Shown one piece after another: positions 9,808 through 20,489 of a DNA stretch of 64,000 bases. The number at the start of each line of letters is the position of its first letter. Position 1 is the first letter of the stretch. The stretch comes from an uncultured Chloroflexia bacterium (GTDB lineage Bacteria; Chloroflexota; Limnocylindria; Limnocylindrales; CSP1-4), in the NCBI GenBank assembly GCA_963734535.1, contig CAVTHS010000011.1:96001-160000 (forward strand), given 5' to 3'. The notes under the pieces are model-generated. The model was not told the DNA's origin. It saw only the letters and a list, made by a program, of their open reading frames with translations, and made no database searches. The position numbers were made by a program, and so were the translations under genes.

Positions 9808-11412
9808 GTGAACCAGCGACAGGGGAGCGCGGCGGAGCTGATCCGGTCGGGGGCCTCCATCCTCGGGATCGAGCTCGGGTCGACCCGCATCAAGGCGTCC
9901 CTCATCGCGCCCGACACGACGCCGCTGGCATCGGGCTCGTATGCCTGGGAGAACCAGCTCAGGGATGGCGTCTGGACGTATGCCATCGAGGATGTCTGGA
10001 AGGGCGTGGCCGCCTGCTACGCGTCACTCGTCTCGGACGTGCGCGCCCGCTACTCCCTGGAGCTGAAGACCGTCGCGGCCATGGGTCTCAGCGGGATGAT
10101 GCACGGGTACGTGGCCCTGGATGTCGACGGGAACCTGCTGGTGCCGTTCCGCACATGGCGGAACAACATCACCGGCGAGGCCTGCGCCGAGCTGACCCCG
10201 CTCCTCGACTTCGCCGTGCCGCAACGCTGGAGCATCGCCCACCTGTACCAGTCGATCCTCGAGGAACAGCCGCACCTGCCGCGGATCGCTCACCTCACGA
10301 CGCTGGCCGGCTACGTCCACTGGAAGCTGACCGGCGAGCACACGATCGGCGTTGGCGAGGCCTCGGGCATGTTCCCCATCGACCCGCGCACCGGCGACTG
10401 GGACGCCGCCCGGATGGCGAAGTTCGACGCCCTGATCGCGCCGCGCAAGCCGGGTTGGAAGCTCCGGGACATCCTCCCCGCCGTCCTGCCCGCCGGCCGC
10501 CCGGCCGGGAAGCTCACCGCCGAGGGCGCGAAGCTGCTTGACCCATCCGGCACGCTCCCGGCCGGCATCCCTCTGTGCCCTCCCGAGGGCGACGCGGGCA
10601 CGGGCATGGTCGCCACCAACGCCGTGCGCCCGCGCTCCGGGAACGTCTCCGCGGGCACCTCGGTGTTCGCGATGATCGTGCTGGACAAGAGCCTGGCCCG
10701 CGTCCACGAGGAGATCGACATCGTGGTCACGCCCGACGGCAGGCCGGTGGCCATGGCCCACTCCAACAACGGATCATCCGACCTCGATGCCTGGATCAGC
10801 CTCTTCGGCCAGGTGGCGGCCGCGCTCGGCGTCGAGGCGCGGCCCGAGGACCTCTACGGCAAGCTCCTGCCCCTCGCAGTGCGGGGAGACCCGGACGCGG
10901 GCGGGCTCCTCTCCATCAACTACGTGTCGGGCGAGCACATGACCGGCTTCACCGAGGGCCGGCCGCTGTTCGCGAGGAGCCAGGACAGCACGTTCACGCT
11001 CGAGAACTTCGTGCGGGCGATGTACTACGCCTCGCTCTGCTCCCTGCGCACCGGCATGGACATCCTCACCGAGCAGGAGGGCGTGGTCATCGAGGAGATA
11101 CGCGGCCACGGCGGCTTCTTCAAGGGCGGCGACACCGGGCAGCGCATGATGGCGGCCGCGCTCAACGTCCCGGTCAGCATCCCCGCCACAGCTGGCGAGG
11201 GCGGGGCCTGGGGCATGGCGGTGCTGGCCGCCTACCTGCTCCGCGCCGACGCCGGGCAGTCGCTGCCCGACTATCTCGATGAGCGGATCGCCGCGAGCAT
11301 CGGCAAGCCCGTCAAGCCCGACCCTCGCGACGTGAAAGGTTTCGCGGAGTTCTTTGCGCGCCACAGGAATGGGCTCGCCATCGAGCGGGAGGCCGTCAGG
11401 GCGCTGGGCTGA
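9808..11412 (+). CDS. araB: FGGY-family kinase, likely L-ribulokinase
   Basis: [26 protein letters not shown] and GEGGAWG motifs; adjacent to araD. Confidence 0.8.
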   Translation: MNQRQGSAAELIRSGASILGIELGSTRIKASLIAPDTTPLASGSYAWENQLRDGVWTYAIEDVWKGVAACYASLVSDVRARYSLELKTVAAMGLSGMMHGYVALDVDGNLLVPFRTWRNNITGEACAELTPLLDFAVPQRWSIAHLYQSILEEQPHLPRIAHLTTLAGYVHWKLTGEHTIGVGEASGMFPIDPRTGDWDAARMAKFDALIAPRKPGWKLRDILPAVLPAGRPAGKLTAEGAKLLDPSGTLPAGIPLCPPEGDAGTGMVATNAVRPRSGNVSAGTSVFAMIVLDKSLARVHEEIDIVVTPDGRPVAMAHSNNGSSDLDAWISLFGQVAAALGVEARPEDLYGKLLPLAVRGDPDAGGLLSINYVSGEHMTGFTEGRPLFARSQDSTFTLENFVRAMYYASLCSLRTGMDILTEQEGVVIEEIRGHGGFFKGGDTGQRMMAAALNVPVSIPATAGEGGAWGMAVLAAYLLRADAGQSLPDYLDERIAASIGKPVKPDPRDVKGFAEFFARHRNGLAIEREAVRALG

Positions 11413-11448
11413 CCGTTCGTGCTGATCGTGCGGCAGGAGGGATCGAGC

Positions 11449-12174
11449 ATGCGACACGCCGAGCTGAGGGAGCGCGTCTGCGAGGCGAACCTGGGCCTGG
11501 TGGAGGCGGGCCTGGTGGTCCTGTCGTTCGGCAACGCCAGCGGGATCGATCGAGATGCCCGGATCGTCGCCATCAAACCGAGCGGCGTGGACTACGCGAC
11601 GCTCCGGCCCGAGGACATCGTCCTCGTCTCCCTCGACGATGGTCGCGTCCTGGAGGGAGCCGGGCGTCCATCGTCGGACACGCCCACGCACCTCGTGCTG
11701 TATCGCGCCTTCCCAGAGGTGGGCGGCGTGGTGCATACGCACTCCGTCCACGCGGCCGCGTGGGCGCAGGCTCGGCGCGAGATCCCGTGCCTGGGAACGA
11801 CCCATGCGGACCACTTCCATGGTCCGGTGCCCGTCACGCGGTGGCTGACCGACGCGGAGATTCAGACCGACTACGAGGCGCACACCGGGCGCGTCATCGT
11901 GGAGCGCTTCGCGGAGGCCGGCATCGATCCGATCGATGTGCCGGCGTGCCTGGATGCCGGTCACGGGCCGTTCACCTGGGGCGCAACGCCCCAGGAGGCA
12001 CTGGTGAATGCCGTCGTGCTCGAACAGGTCGCGCGCCAGGCCATCCACACCCTGGCGATCGAGCGGGGGACGGAGCCGATTCCCACTGCGCTGCTCGACA
12101 AGCACTTCAGGCGCAAGCACGGCCCCACCGCCTACTACGGACAGCCGCGATCCGGGGCCACAGCGGGAACGTGA
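11449..12174 (+). CDS. araD: L-ribulose-5-phosphate 4-epimerase
   Basis: GNASG, IKPSGVDY, PSSDTPTH, VHTHS, LLDKHFRRKHGPTAYYGQ. Confidence 0.93.
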   Translation: MRHAELRERVCEANLGLVEAGLVVLSFGNASGIDRDARIVAIKPSGVDYATLRPEDIVLVSLDDGRVLEGAGRPSSDTPTHLVLYRAFPEVGGVVHTHSVHAAAWAQARREIPCLGTTHADHFHGPVPVTRWLTDAEIQTDYEAHTGRVIVERFAEAGIDPIDVPACLDAGHGPFTWGATPQEALVNAVVLEQVARQAIHTLAIERGTEPIPTALLDKHFRRKHGPTAYYGQPRSGATAGT

Positions 12175-12434
12175 CGCGCCTGGGTGCCGGCACGGCCCAA
12201 CGGCCTCCTGGGGTGCGGCCGGTTGGGCCGACTGGAGCTTCGGCGGGGCCGTCACGTCACTCGGAACTCGCAGCACCCGCGCGGGTTCTCCAGGACGACG
12301 GGCTGACGGGCTGACGGCGCCGTCCCGCTCGACGCCGTCTTCCAGTACTCGGACGAGCTGGCATGACCGGCCGACCTCCAGTCGCCGCTGCCGCCGGACC
12401 GCAGGACCACCGTCACACCGATCAGGAGCACACC

Positions 12435-12911
12435 ATGACAGAACCGTCGAAGAAGCCACCGTCTCTGCAGCCGCGCTGGTTCATCCGCTCGTTCTGGGTG
12501 GTGCAGCGTGCGCTCTACTCGGTCACCCGCGGCCGGTTCGGCCTCCGGACGGCCAGGGACGGCCGCTGGGGCATGATGCGGCTGCGAACGGTTGGGCGCC
12601 GCAGCGGCGAAGAGCGGAAGGCCATCCTCGGCTACTTCGAGGACGGTCAGGACCTGGTCACCATGGCCATGAACGGCTGGGCCGATCCCGAGCCCGCCTG
12701 GTGGCTCAACCTGCAGGCGCACCCCGACGTCACCGTCGATCTGCCCGGTGGGTCCCGCGCCGTCCACGGACGTGCAGCGGACCCGGACGAGCGGCCCCGA
12801 CTGTGGGCCATGTGGGCCGCCTACGACAAGGATCTCGACGCCTTCGCCGCTCGGCGCTCCCGGGAGACCGCGGTCGTCATCCTGTCGCCCCGACCGGAAT
12901 CGTGGTCGTGA
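12435..12911 (+). CDS. Deazaflavin (F420)-dependent nitroreductase family protein
   Basis: LRTVGRRSGEER, PAWWLNLQAHP, RETAVVILSP. Confidence 0.85.
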   Translation: MTEPSKKPPSLQPRWFIRSFWVVQRALYSVTRGRFGLRTARDGRWGMMRLRTVGRRSGEERKAILGYFEDGQDLVTMAMNGWADPEPAWWLNLQAHPDVTVDLPGGSRAVHGRAADPDERPRLWAMWAAYDKDLDAFAARRSRETAVVILSPRPESWS

Positions 12912-13024
12912 CCGGCGAGGGCAGGCCTCCGGCCGCGAACCCCGCGGAGAGCCCACCGGAGGTGCCGGCGTGGGGCCGCGTGGCCCTACCGACTCCGGCA
13001 GCGGCGCGGTAGCCTCTCGCTGTC

Positions 13025-13960
13025 ATGAGGTGCCACCGGGTCGTGACGGCGGCGGCCGTCGCGCTGGTCGTGGTGGTCGCGGGATGCGGCGGTGGTGGCA
13101 CCACCAGCCCACGCGCCGACCCAGGCGCGACGCCCGCGGAGTCCGGCCCGATCTCGCACGCGACCGGCCCGACCGACCTCGTGCTCCAGGCAGCTTCCGG
13201 CGGGGGCCTGCTGCCGCAGGACCTTCGTCTCGCAGAGATGCCGAATGTCTCGATCTACGGCGACGGGCGGGTCGTCATGCTCGGCGCGCATGACGGCAGA
13301 CCCGGCGATCCCCTGGTGCCACGGCTCACCGAGGCACGGGTGACCGCCGACGGCATGGCCCGCATCCTCCAGGCTGCACGGGAGGCGGGAGTCCTTGGGC
13401 CGGATCGGCGCTTCGACCTGCCTGGTGGCTATGACCTGTGGACGGTCTGGTTCACGGCCATCGCCGACGGGAAGACCCACCGCGTCTCTGCCTATGCCCT
13501 CGGCTTCGAGGATGAGGCCCGTCTCGCCCCGGCCGGGGAGATGGAGGCGCGGAGCAAGCTCGATACGCTCTACGAACAGCTCCTCGACCTTCGAACCTGG
13601 CTCCCCGAGGGCACGGTCGGCCCCGACTCCGCCTACCGGCCGATCGAGACCCGCATCCTCCTCGTTCGCCTGGTCGACTGGTCGGCTGCGGACGGGGGCG
13701 CCACGCCCGTCCCAGCCACGCCGCGGGCTGACCAGGAGGTCCGCGACTGGCCGCTTGCGGGCTCTCCTGAGTCGTTTGGCGCACCGGTGGATGCCCACGA
13801 GGAGACCTGGCACTGCGCCGTCATCGGGCCCGACCAGGTCGTCAGGCTCGGCCTCGAGACGGCCACGCGGGACACGCGGTGGCGGGCGGGGGACTCCCTG
13901 TACCAGGTCGTCGCGCGACCGCTCCTTCCCGACGAATCCGGCTGTCCGAAGAGCATCTGA
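13025..13960 (+). CDS. Uncharacterised lipoprotein
   Basis: Lipobox VVVAGC; SIYGDGRVV motif; C-terminal RPLLPDE. Confidence 0.75.
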   Translation: MRCHRVVTAAAVALVVVVAGCGGGGTTSPRADPGATPAESGPISHATGPTDLVLQAASGGGLLPQDLRLAEMPNVSIYGDGRVVMLGAHDGRPGDPLVPRLTEARVTADGMARILQAAREAGVLGPDRRFDLPGGYDLWTVWFTAIADGKTHRVSAYALGFEDEARLAPAGEMEARSKLDTLYEQLLDLRTWLPEGTVGPDSAYRPIETRILLVRLVDWSAADGGATPVPATPRADQEVRDWPLAGSPESFGAPVDAHEETWHCAVIGPDQVVRLGLETATRDTRWRAGDSLYQVVARPLLPDESGCPKSI

Positions 13961-14048
13961 GGCCGGTCGCGCCCACACGGGCCGCGGCATCTCGAGGGTG
14001 TCCGCTGGTCCGAACGGCGGCGGCCGAGGTGCGCCATCATCTGTCGCC

Positions 14049-15347
14049 ATGAGTCGAGCCGAGTCGCCCACGCCGGTGGCCACCGAGTTGGGCGCGACGA
14101 CGGGAGCGAGCATTGCCGACGTGCGGCCGGCCTGGTCCCTCTGGCTGCTCTCGATCGCCCACGCCGTCAACCACGCCCAGGCGGTCATCCTGCCGCTCAT
14201 CTACCTGAAGATCACCGACGACTTCAACGTCGGCGTCGACACGATCGCCTTCCTGGCCGCCGGCGGGGCCTTTGCCGCCGGCGTCGTCCAGCTCAGCTTC
14301 GCCTCGCTGACCCGGCTCGTGTCCCGGCGGACGATGCTCGGGGCCGGCGGGTTGCTGTTCGGCGGCGGGTTCGTCGCACAGGCGTTCGCCCCTGGCTTTC
14401 CGATGTTCGCGATCACCAACGTCCTGTCGCGGATCGGCGGCTCGCCGCAGCATCCGGTCGGCAACGGCCTCCTTGCCGAGCAGTTCCCGCCCGAGCGGCG
14501 GGGCTTCGCGATCAGCGCCCACATCTCGGGCGGGAACGTCGGGACGGTCGTCGTGGCGTTGATCGGGGCGCCGGTCATTGCCATGTTCGGCTGGCGCGGT
14601 GCGGCGATCGTCTTCGGGATCCCGGCTCTCGCGATCGCCGTCGCGATCCTCCTCCTGGTCCGCGAGCGCGGCACTGACCGGGCGGCTGCCGTCGCCGGCG
14701 GGAGCGTCCGCGACGCATACCGGGCGATCGCCCGCGACCGTGACCTGCGCTGGTTGTACCTCACCTCGATCCTGGGCGGCGGGGGACGCGGGTTGGGCGT
14801 CGTCAATCTCTTCGTGCTCATCTATCTCACGAAGGTGATCGGCCTCGACGAGTCGCTGTCGGGCCTGATGTACGGCGCGCTGATCGTCTTCTCGGTGCCC
14901 ATGCCGCTCATCGCGGGCTGGCTGTCCGACCGGATCGGCCGCAAGCCGCTCATCATCGGCGTCTACCTCGGCGGGGCGATCGGGTTCGTCGTCTTCCTCG
15001 TCTCGGGGTCGAGCGTCATCGGACTCTGGGCCGGGATCCTGCTGATGGGCCTGTTCAGCTTCGCCGAGAGCCCGCAGCTCCAGGCGCTTCTCGCCGACAT
15101 CGCTCGGCCCTCGATCCGGGATGCCACCTTTGCGCTGTACTTCACCCTTGCCTTCGGGGTCGGTTCGCTCTGGGTCGCGATCTATGGCGCGATCATCGGC
15201 GTTGCCGGCGATGCTGCTGGCCTGCCGATCGTCTTCGTCCTGATGGCCGTGACGTTCGTGCTTGCTGCCATCGGGACCGTGCCGATCCGGGCCGATCAGC
15301 GAGCGCACGAGAACGCCGCCCACGAGACGTCGCTCGCGGAGCTGTAG
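14049..15347 (+). CDS. MFS transporter
   Basis: About 12 hydrophobic segments; motif A GWLSDRIGRK. Confidence 0.9.
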   Translation: MSRAESPTPVATELGATTGASIADVRPAWSLWLLSIAHAVNHAQAVILPLIYLKITDDFNVGVDTIAFLAAGGAFAAGVVQLSFASLTRLVSRRTMLGAGGLLFGGGFVAQAFAPGFPMFAITNVLSRIGGSPQHPVGNGLLAEQFPPERRGFAISAHISGGNVGTVVVALIGAPVIAMFGWRGAAIVFGIPALAIAVAILLLVRERGTDRAAAVAGGSVRDAYRAIARDRDLRWLYLTSILGGGGRGLGVVNLFVLIYLTKVIGLDESLSGLMYGALIVFSVPMPLIAGWLSDRIGRKPLIIGVYLGGAIGFVVFLVSGSSVIGLWAGILLMGLFSFAESPQLQALLADIARPSIRDATFALYFTLAFGVGSLWVAIYGAIIGVAGDAAGLPIVFVLMAVTFVLAAIGTVPIRADQRAHENAAHETSLAEL

Positions 15348-15453
15348 CGCGGTTCGGCCGCGAGGGCTCCCAGCGCGCGTGCGTCGAAGCGGCGAAGCCG
15401 TCGTGCGCGCCGGGACGACGACGCGCGGCCTCCGCCCTTGCGTGCCACGGAGA

Positions 15454-15473
15454 TATACGTATACTCCTACGTA
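15454..15473. promoter_or_regulatory. AT-rich palindrome with TACGTA pair, candidate EXLDI operator
   Basis: TATACGTATA (15454-15463) and a second TACGTA (15468-15473) in otherwise GC-rich DNA. Confidence 0.5.
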
Positions 15474-15508
15474 TGGATGGAACGCCACGGAGGAGTTACG
15501 ATGCTCGG

Positions 15509-16027
15509 GTGCCAAACAAGACGATCTATGTCTCCGACGGAGACCTCCCCCTGTACGGGCGGGCGCAGGAGCTTGCCGGCGGCAATCTCTCCGCGGCCAT
15601 CTCCGCCGCGCTGCGTCGCTACGTCGACGTGGAGGAGGGTCGGCGGGAGGGCTTTGACGAGGTCGTCGTCCGTGTCGGGCCCGGCCGCGGCCGCAAGGTC
15701 CGGTTCACGGGGATCTTCCTCGGGGAGTGGGTCAACACGAGCTTCAGCCGCGTGGAGACCTTCCGCGTCTACCGTGGCCGGACTGGCAAGTTCGTGGTCC
15801 ACGTCGAACGGAGCCCCGACTACTCGATGGTCAACGCCGAGGGCAAGCCGGCCGGATGGCGAGGCTACCTCGGCATCGGGGCAATCAGCTACGGGACCAC
15901 GCCAGGCGAGTCGACGCTCGAGGTCGTCGATTTGCTCGACGAGCTCCGCACGCGGATCCCGTCGCAGCTCTACGACAGCGTGGCCAGCTCCGCAAGGCAG
16001 CCGGCCGTCGAGGACCTCGAGATCTGA
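15509..16027 (+). CDS. EXLDI family protein (probable regulator)
   Basis: (M)PNKTIYVSDGDLPLY...GGNLSAAI N-terminus; ends VEDLEI; precedes an ABC exporter. Confidence 0.88.
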   Translation: MPNKTIYVSDGDLPLYGRAQELAGGNLSAAISAALRRYVDVEEGRREGFDEVVVRVGPGRGRKVRFTGIFLGEWVNTSFSRVETFRVYRGRTGKFVVHVERSPDYSMVNAEGKPAGWRGYLGIGAISYGTTPGESTLEVVDLLDELRTRIPSQLYDSVASSARQPAVEDLEI

Positions 16028-16063
16028 TTCTCGTCATCTCGTCGCACGTCCAGGACGTGCGGA

Positions 16064-17020
16064 ATGAGCGCCACGATGTCGCCGCCCGCGATCCACGCGG
16101 CAGGCCTTCGAAAGTCGTACGGCACCCAGGTCGTCCTCGATGGGATCGACCTCGATGTGCCCATGGGCACGGTCTACGCGCTCCTCGGGCCGAACGGCGC
16201 CGGCAAGACGACCACGGTCCATATCCTGTCAACGCTCATCGCCGCTGACGACGGCCTCGTGGAGGTCGCGGGTCACGATGTCAGGCGGGATCCGGACCGC
16301 GTCCGCGCGGCAATCGGCGTCACTGGTCAATTCTCGGCCGTCGACAGGTTCCTCACCGGCGAGGAGAACCTGATGCTGATGGCGGACCTCCGGCACCTGG
16401 GAACGGCTGATGGCAGACGTCGGGCGGCGGAGCTGCTCGACGAGTTCGACATCGTCGCCGCGGCGCGAAAGCCGGTCTCGACATGGTCCGGCGGGATGCA
16501 GCGCCGGCTCGACCTCGCGATGACGCTCGTCGGCAATCCCCGGATCATCTTCCTCGACGAGCCAACCGCGGGGCTCGATCCGCGCAGCCGGCGGACGATG
16601 TGGCAGGTGATCCGCGACCTCGTGGATCGCGGGGTCACGATCTTCCTCACCACCCAGTACCTCGAAGAGGCCGACCGCCTTGCCGACCGGATCGCGGTCC
16701 TCGACCATGGCCGGCTGGTGGCCGATGGCACGCCGTCTGAGCTCAAGCGCCGGGTTGGCGGCGGCCACGTGCGGCTCGAGTTCGCGAACAACGACGAGCT
16801 GGAGAAGGCCGTCCGCGTCTTCCGGGGCGCGTCACGCGACGTCGACTCGCTCGCCCTGCTCGTGCCGAGCGACGGCGGCGTCGGCGCGCTGCGGATACTG
16901 CTCGACGCGCTCGAGGACGCCTCGATCGACGTCGACGGGCTGTCGGTGCGCACACCGGACCTCGACGATGTGTTCCTGTCACTCACTGGTCACCCCGACA
17001 CCGAGAAGGGAGCCGCTTGA
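16064..17020 (+). CDS. DrrA-like ABC exporter ATP-binding protein
   Basis: GPNGAGKTT, SGGMQRRLDLA, FLDEPTAGLDP, PDLDDVFL. Confidence 0.93.
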   Translation: MSATMSPPAIHAAGLRKSYGTQVVLDGIDLDVPMGTVYALLGPNGAGKTTTVHILSTLIAADDGLVEVAGHDVRRDPDRVRAAIGVTGQFSAVDRFLTGEENLMLMADLRHLGTADGRRRAAELLDEFDIVAAARKPVSTWSGGMQRRLDLAMTLVGNPRIIFLDEPTAGLDPRSRRTMWQVIRDLVDRGVTIFLTTQYLEEADRLADRIAVLDHGRLVADGTPSELKRRVGGGHVRLEFANNDELEKAVRVFRGASRDVDSLALLVPSDGGVGALRILLDALEDASIDVDGLSVRTPDLDDVFLSLTGHPDTEKGAA

Positions 17021-17814
17021 TGACCGCGCGCGCGTTCGTCCTGGCCGACTCCGCGACGATGCTGCGGCGGAATCTCCGCCACATGCAACGCTACCCATCA
17101 CTGACGCTGTTCATGATCGGGATCCCGGTCGTGCTCCTGCTTCTCTTCGTCTTCGTCTTCGGGGGCACCCTCGGCGCTGGGCTGGGTGGCGTGTCAGGGG
17201 GTCGAGACGGGTACCTGGCATACCTGGTCCCCGGGATCCTGCTGTTGACCGTGGCAACCGCGGCCCAGGGGACGGCGATCTCGGTTGCCATGGACATGAC
17301 GGAGGGCATCGTTGCCCGCTTTCGCACCATGGCCATCTCCCGCGCCTCCGTGCTGACGGGCCACGTTGTCGGCAGCATGATCCAGACGGGCCTGGCCATC
17401 CTCGTGGTGGTGGTCGTGGCCCTGCTGATCGGGTTCCGGCCGACCACCGGCCCGGCGGCCTGGCTCGCCGCGGCCGGGCTGCTGGCGCTCACGTCACTGG
17501 CGGTCAGCTGGCTCTCGGTCGCGCTCGGCATGTCGACCCGGAGCGTCGAGACCGCAAGCAACCTCCCGATGTTTCTCATGCTCCTGCTCTTCTTCGGCAG
17601 CGGGTTCGTGCCAACGCAGTCGATGCCCGACGGTCTTCGCTGGTTCGCCGAGATCCAGCCCTTCACGCCGATCATCGAGACGCTGCGTGGCCTCCTGCTC
17701 GGGACCGCGATCGGTGACCGGGGCGTGATCGCCGTGGCCTGGTGCGGGGCGATCTCGCTGCTCGGCTTCCTGTGGGCGAGGAGGCTCTACGAACGCGACC
17801 CCGCCCATCGATAG
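17017..17814 (+). CDS. ABC-2 type exporter permease (DrrB-like)
   Basis: About 6 TM segments; GIVARFRTMAI; SGFVP...MPDGLRWFAEIQP. Confidence 0.9.
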   Translation: MMTARAFVLADSATMLRRNLRHMQRYPSLTLFMIGIPVVLLLLFVFVFGGTLGAGLGGVSGGRDGYLAYLVPGILLLTVATAAQGTAISVAMDMTEGIVARFRTMAISRASVLTGHVVGSMIQTGLAILVVVVVALLIGFRPTTGPAAWLAAAGLLALTSLAVSWLSVALGMSTRSVETASNLPMFLMLLLFFGSGFVPTQSMPDGLRWFAEIQPFTPIIETLRGLLLGTAIGDRGVIAVAWCGAISLLGFLWARRLYERDPAHR

Positions 17815-18024
17815 TCCTCGGCGAGCGCGGCCGGAAAGCGACGGCGGCCTCCACGGGACCGACCTCCGTGTGGCGCCGGACGCCCCGATGAAGGACACTT
17901 CGGCGCGTGAGACTGCCCCATGCTTCCCTCGCGACCCGCCATGGCCGTGCCGGCGGCCGTTGCGCTCCGTGACCTGCCGCGGGCGATCGTCCACGCTCGT
18001 CACGGCCTGACGCAGGAGCAACGA

Positions 18025-18603
18025 GTGTCTGCTCTCGAGGATGCGCCGGAGGTTCACGCCGACGATCGCGCGACGTGGCGCGCATGGCTGGAGGCGAACC
18101 ATCGGACTGCCCGTGGCGCCTGGCTCGTGACCTGGCGGCCACGTCCCGGTCGGGTCAGCCTCGAGTACGAGGCGGCCGTGGAGGAAGCCCTGTGCTTCGG
18201 CTGGGTGGACAGCACGGGCGGCCACGTCGACGATGAGCGCGGCAAGCTCTATTTCGCGCCGCGCAAGCCGCGCAGCGTCTGGGCGGCGTCCAACAGGGCG
18301 CGCGTCGAGCGGTTGATCGAGGAGGGGCGGATGGCTCCTGCGGGTCTCGCCGCCATCGAACGCGCGAAGGCGAACGGATCGTGGAGCGTCCTGGAAGCCG
18401 CGGAACGGATGGAGATCCCGGATGACCTCGCGGCTGCTTTCGAAAGCCGCTCTCCCTCCGCCGCCAACTTCGCGGCGTTCCCGCCCTCGGCGCGCAAGAT
18501 GCTGCTCGCCTGGGTGGCCGTGGCTCGGCGCCCGGAGACTCGGGCGACGCGAATCGCCGAGATCGCGGAGGCGGCCGCGCGCAACGAACGGGCCAGGAGC
18601 TGA
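18025..18603 (+). CDS. YdeI/OmpD-associated family protein
   Basis: WRAWLEANH, EEALCFGWVDS, PRKPRSVWAASN, ARRPETRATRI; AGGAG RBS before GTG. Confidence 0.88.
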   Translation: MSALEDAPEVHADDRATWRAWLEANHRTARGAWLVTWRPRPGRVSLEYEAAVEEALCFGWVDSTGGHVDDERGKLYFAPRKPRSVWAASNRARVERLIEEGRMAPAGLAAIERAKANGSWSVLEAAERMEIPDDLAAAFESRSPSAANFAAFPPSARKMLLAWVAVARRPETRATRIAEIAEAAARNERARS

Positions 18604-18718
18604 CGACCGGACCCGGTGGAAAGCGCCCTCGACGACCCGATCGCATCGGGTCGGCGCCTCGCGCGCGGTAGCATCCGGCCGTGCGAGAGCCTGTTCGCCT
18701 GCGCCCGGCCACTGCGGG

Positions 18719-20344
18719 ATGATCGACGTGGATGTCCTGATCGAGGGCGGGACCATCGTGGACGGCACCGGGGCGCCCGGCTTCGCCGGCTCCGTTGCGG
18801 TCATCGGCGACCGGTTGCGCATGCTTCGGGACGCCACGACCGGCGACGACGACGGTCGCCGCTCAGCTGAGATCCGAGCCCGCCGGCGGATCGATGCCCG
18901 CGGCCTCGTGATCGCACCGGGCTTCATCGACCTCCACAGCCACGGGGGCCTGGTGATGCTCGCCGAGCCGCGCAACGAGCCGAAGGTTCGCCAGGGGGTG
19001 ACGACCGAGCTCATCGGCGTGGATGGCAATGCGTACGCGCCGTTCCCGTCGCCAGGCGACCTTCTCGACTACGTCGTCCTCAACGGTGGGCTCGACGGAC
19101 GGCCCGACATCACCTACGACTGGTCGACGGTTGCCGAGTACATCGCGCGGTACGACCGCCAGGTCTCGGTGAACGTCGCCTATGTCGTCGGGAACTCGCC
19201 GCTCCGGATCGCCTCGGTGGGCTGGGACGAGATCGAGGCGGATCACCACGCGATGGCCGACCAGCGGTCGCGCCTGCGTGTTGCGCTCGAGGAGGGTGCC
19301 TTCGGCCTGTCGACGGGCCTCGACTACCCGCCGGGCTCCTACGCGACGACCGCGGAGCTCGTCGAGCTGGCCGCCGAGGCGGCGCGGCTGGGCGGGATCT
19401 ACCACACCCATGTCCGGTACCCGCTCGGGGACGGGTTCCTCGATCCGTACCGGGAGGCGATCGAGATCGGGCGGCGGTCGGGCGCTCCCGTTCACATCAC
19501 GCACTTCTATCACCGGCCGACATTTCCGGGCCCGCCCGCGGTGATGCTGGCGCTCGTCGACGACGCTCGCGCCGAGGGGCTCGACGTGACGTTCGACCTC
19601 TATCCGTACGAGTGGGCAAGCACCAGGCTCCTGATCATGCTGCCGAACTGGATCCAGGCTGGCGGCCTGGGCCCGCTCCGCGAGCGCCTCGCCGACCGGA
19701 GAGTCCGGGCCCGGATCCGCGAGGAATCCGGGGCACGAGGCCGGCTGTTCGCCGGCGACCGGTCGTGGGACGAGGTCCGGCTCGGCTACTTCGCCCGCCC
19801 GGAGAACGCCGAGTGGGAGGGCCGGACGCTGGGCGACTACCTGGCCGCGACCGGCCTGGACCCGGTGGACGCCATCTGCGACCTGCTGATCGCGGAGGAC
19901 CTCCGGATCAACCAGGTGACGCCGGGGCCGCATCGGGCCGGGATCGAGGCGTTCATCCGGCACCCTCGGGCGATGATCGCGACCGACGGCGTCATGATCG
20001 GGGCGAAGCCGGCCCCCCGGACGTACGGCACCTATCCGCGCATCCTGGGCGAGCTCGTGCGCGATGAGCGCGTGCTGGGCCTGGAGGAGGCCATCCACAA
20101 GATGACCGGGGCATCGGCCGCGCGGCTCGGCCTCACCGACCGGGGCGTCATCGCCGATGGGTGTTTCGCGGACCTCGTCGTGTTCGACCCGGCCCGGGTG
20201 CGCGCGCTTGCCACCTACGAGGAGCCGCGCCGCTTCCCGGAGGGCATCCCCTACGTGCTCGTGAACGGGGTGCTGGTGATCGACGGCGACGCGCACACGG
20301 GCGCCACGCCCGGACGAACGCTGCGGCGGGGACGCCCGGGCTGA
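18719..20344 (+). CDS. N-acyl-D-amino-acid deacylase family amidohydrolase
   Basis: APGFIDLHSH, QGVTT, GLSTGLDYPPG, PRTYGTYPR, ADLVVFDP. Confidence 0.88.
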   Translation: MIDVDVLIEGGTIVDGTGAPGFAGSVAVIGDRLRMLRDATTGDDDGRRSAEIRARRRIDARGLVIAPGFIDLHSHGGLVMLAEPRNEPKVRQGVTTELIGVDGNAYAPFPSPGDLLDYVVLNGGLDGRPDITYDWSTVAEYIARYDRQVSVNVAYVVGNSPLRIASVGWDEIEADHHAMADQRSRLRVALEEGAFGLSTGLDYPPGSYATTAELVELAAEAARLGGIYHTHVRYPLGDGFLDPYREAIEIGRRSGAPVHITHFYHRPTFPGPPAVMLALVDDARAEGLDVTFDLYPYEWASTRLLIMLPNWIQAGGLGPLRERLADRRVRARIREESGARGRLFAGDRSWDEVRLGYFARPENAEWEGRTLGDYLAATGLDPVDAICDLLIAEDLRINQVTPGPHRAGIEAFIRHPRAMIATDGVMIGAKPAPRTYGTYPRILGELVRDERVLGLEEAIHKMTGASAARLGLTDRGVIADGCFADLVVFDPARVRALATYEEPRRFPEGIPYVLVNGVLVIDGDAHTGATPGRTLRRGRPG

Positions 20345-20489
20345 TCCGTGGCCCACGGCACGCGGCGCGCCGCGGCCCACATCCCAGCATCGGGGTTGCT
20401 GAGACGCAGTGGCCCACCGGTTGACACCGTGCGCCGTCGGCCCCCACGCTGTGTCGACCCACCCGGGCGTCCACGTCAGGAGGATCGGC

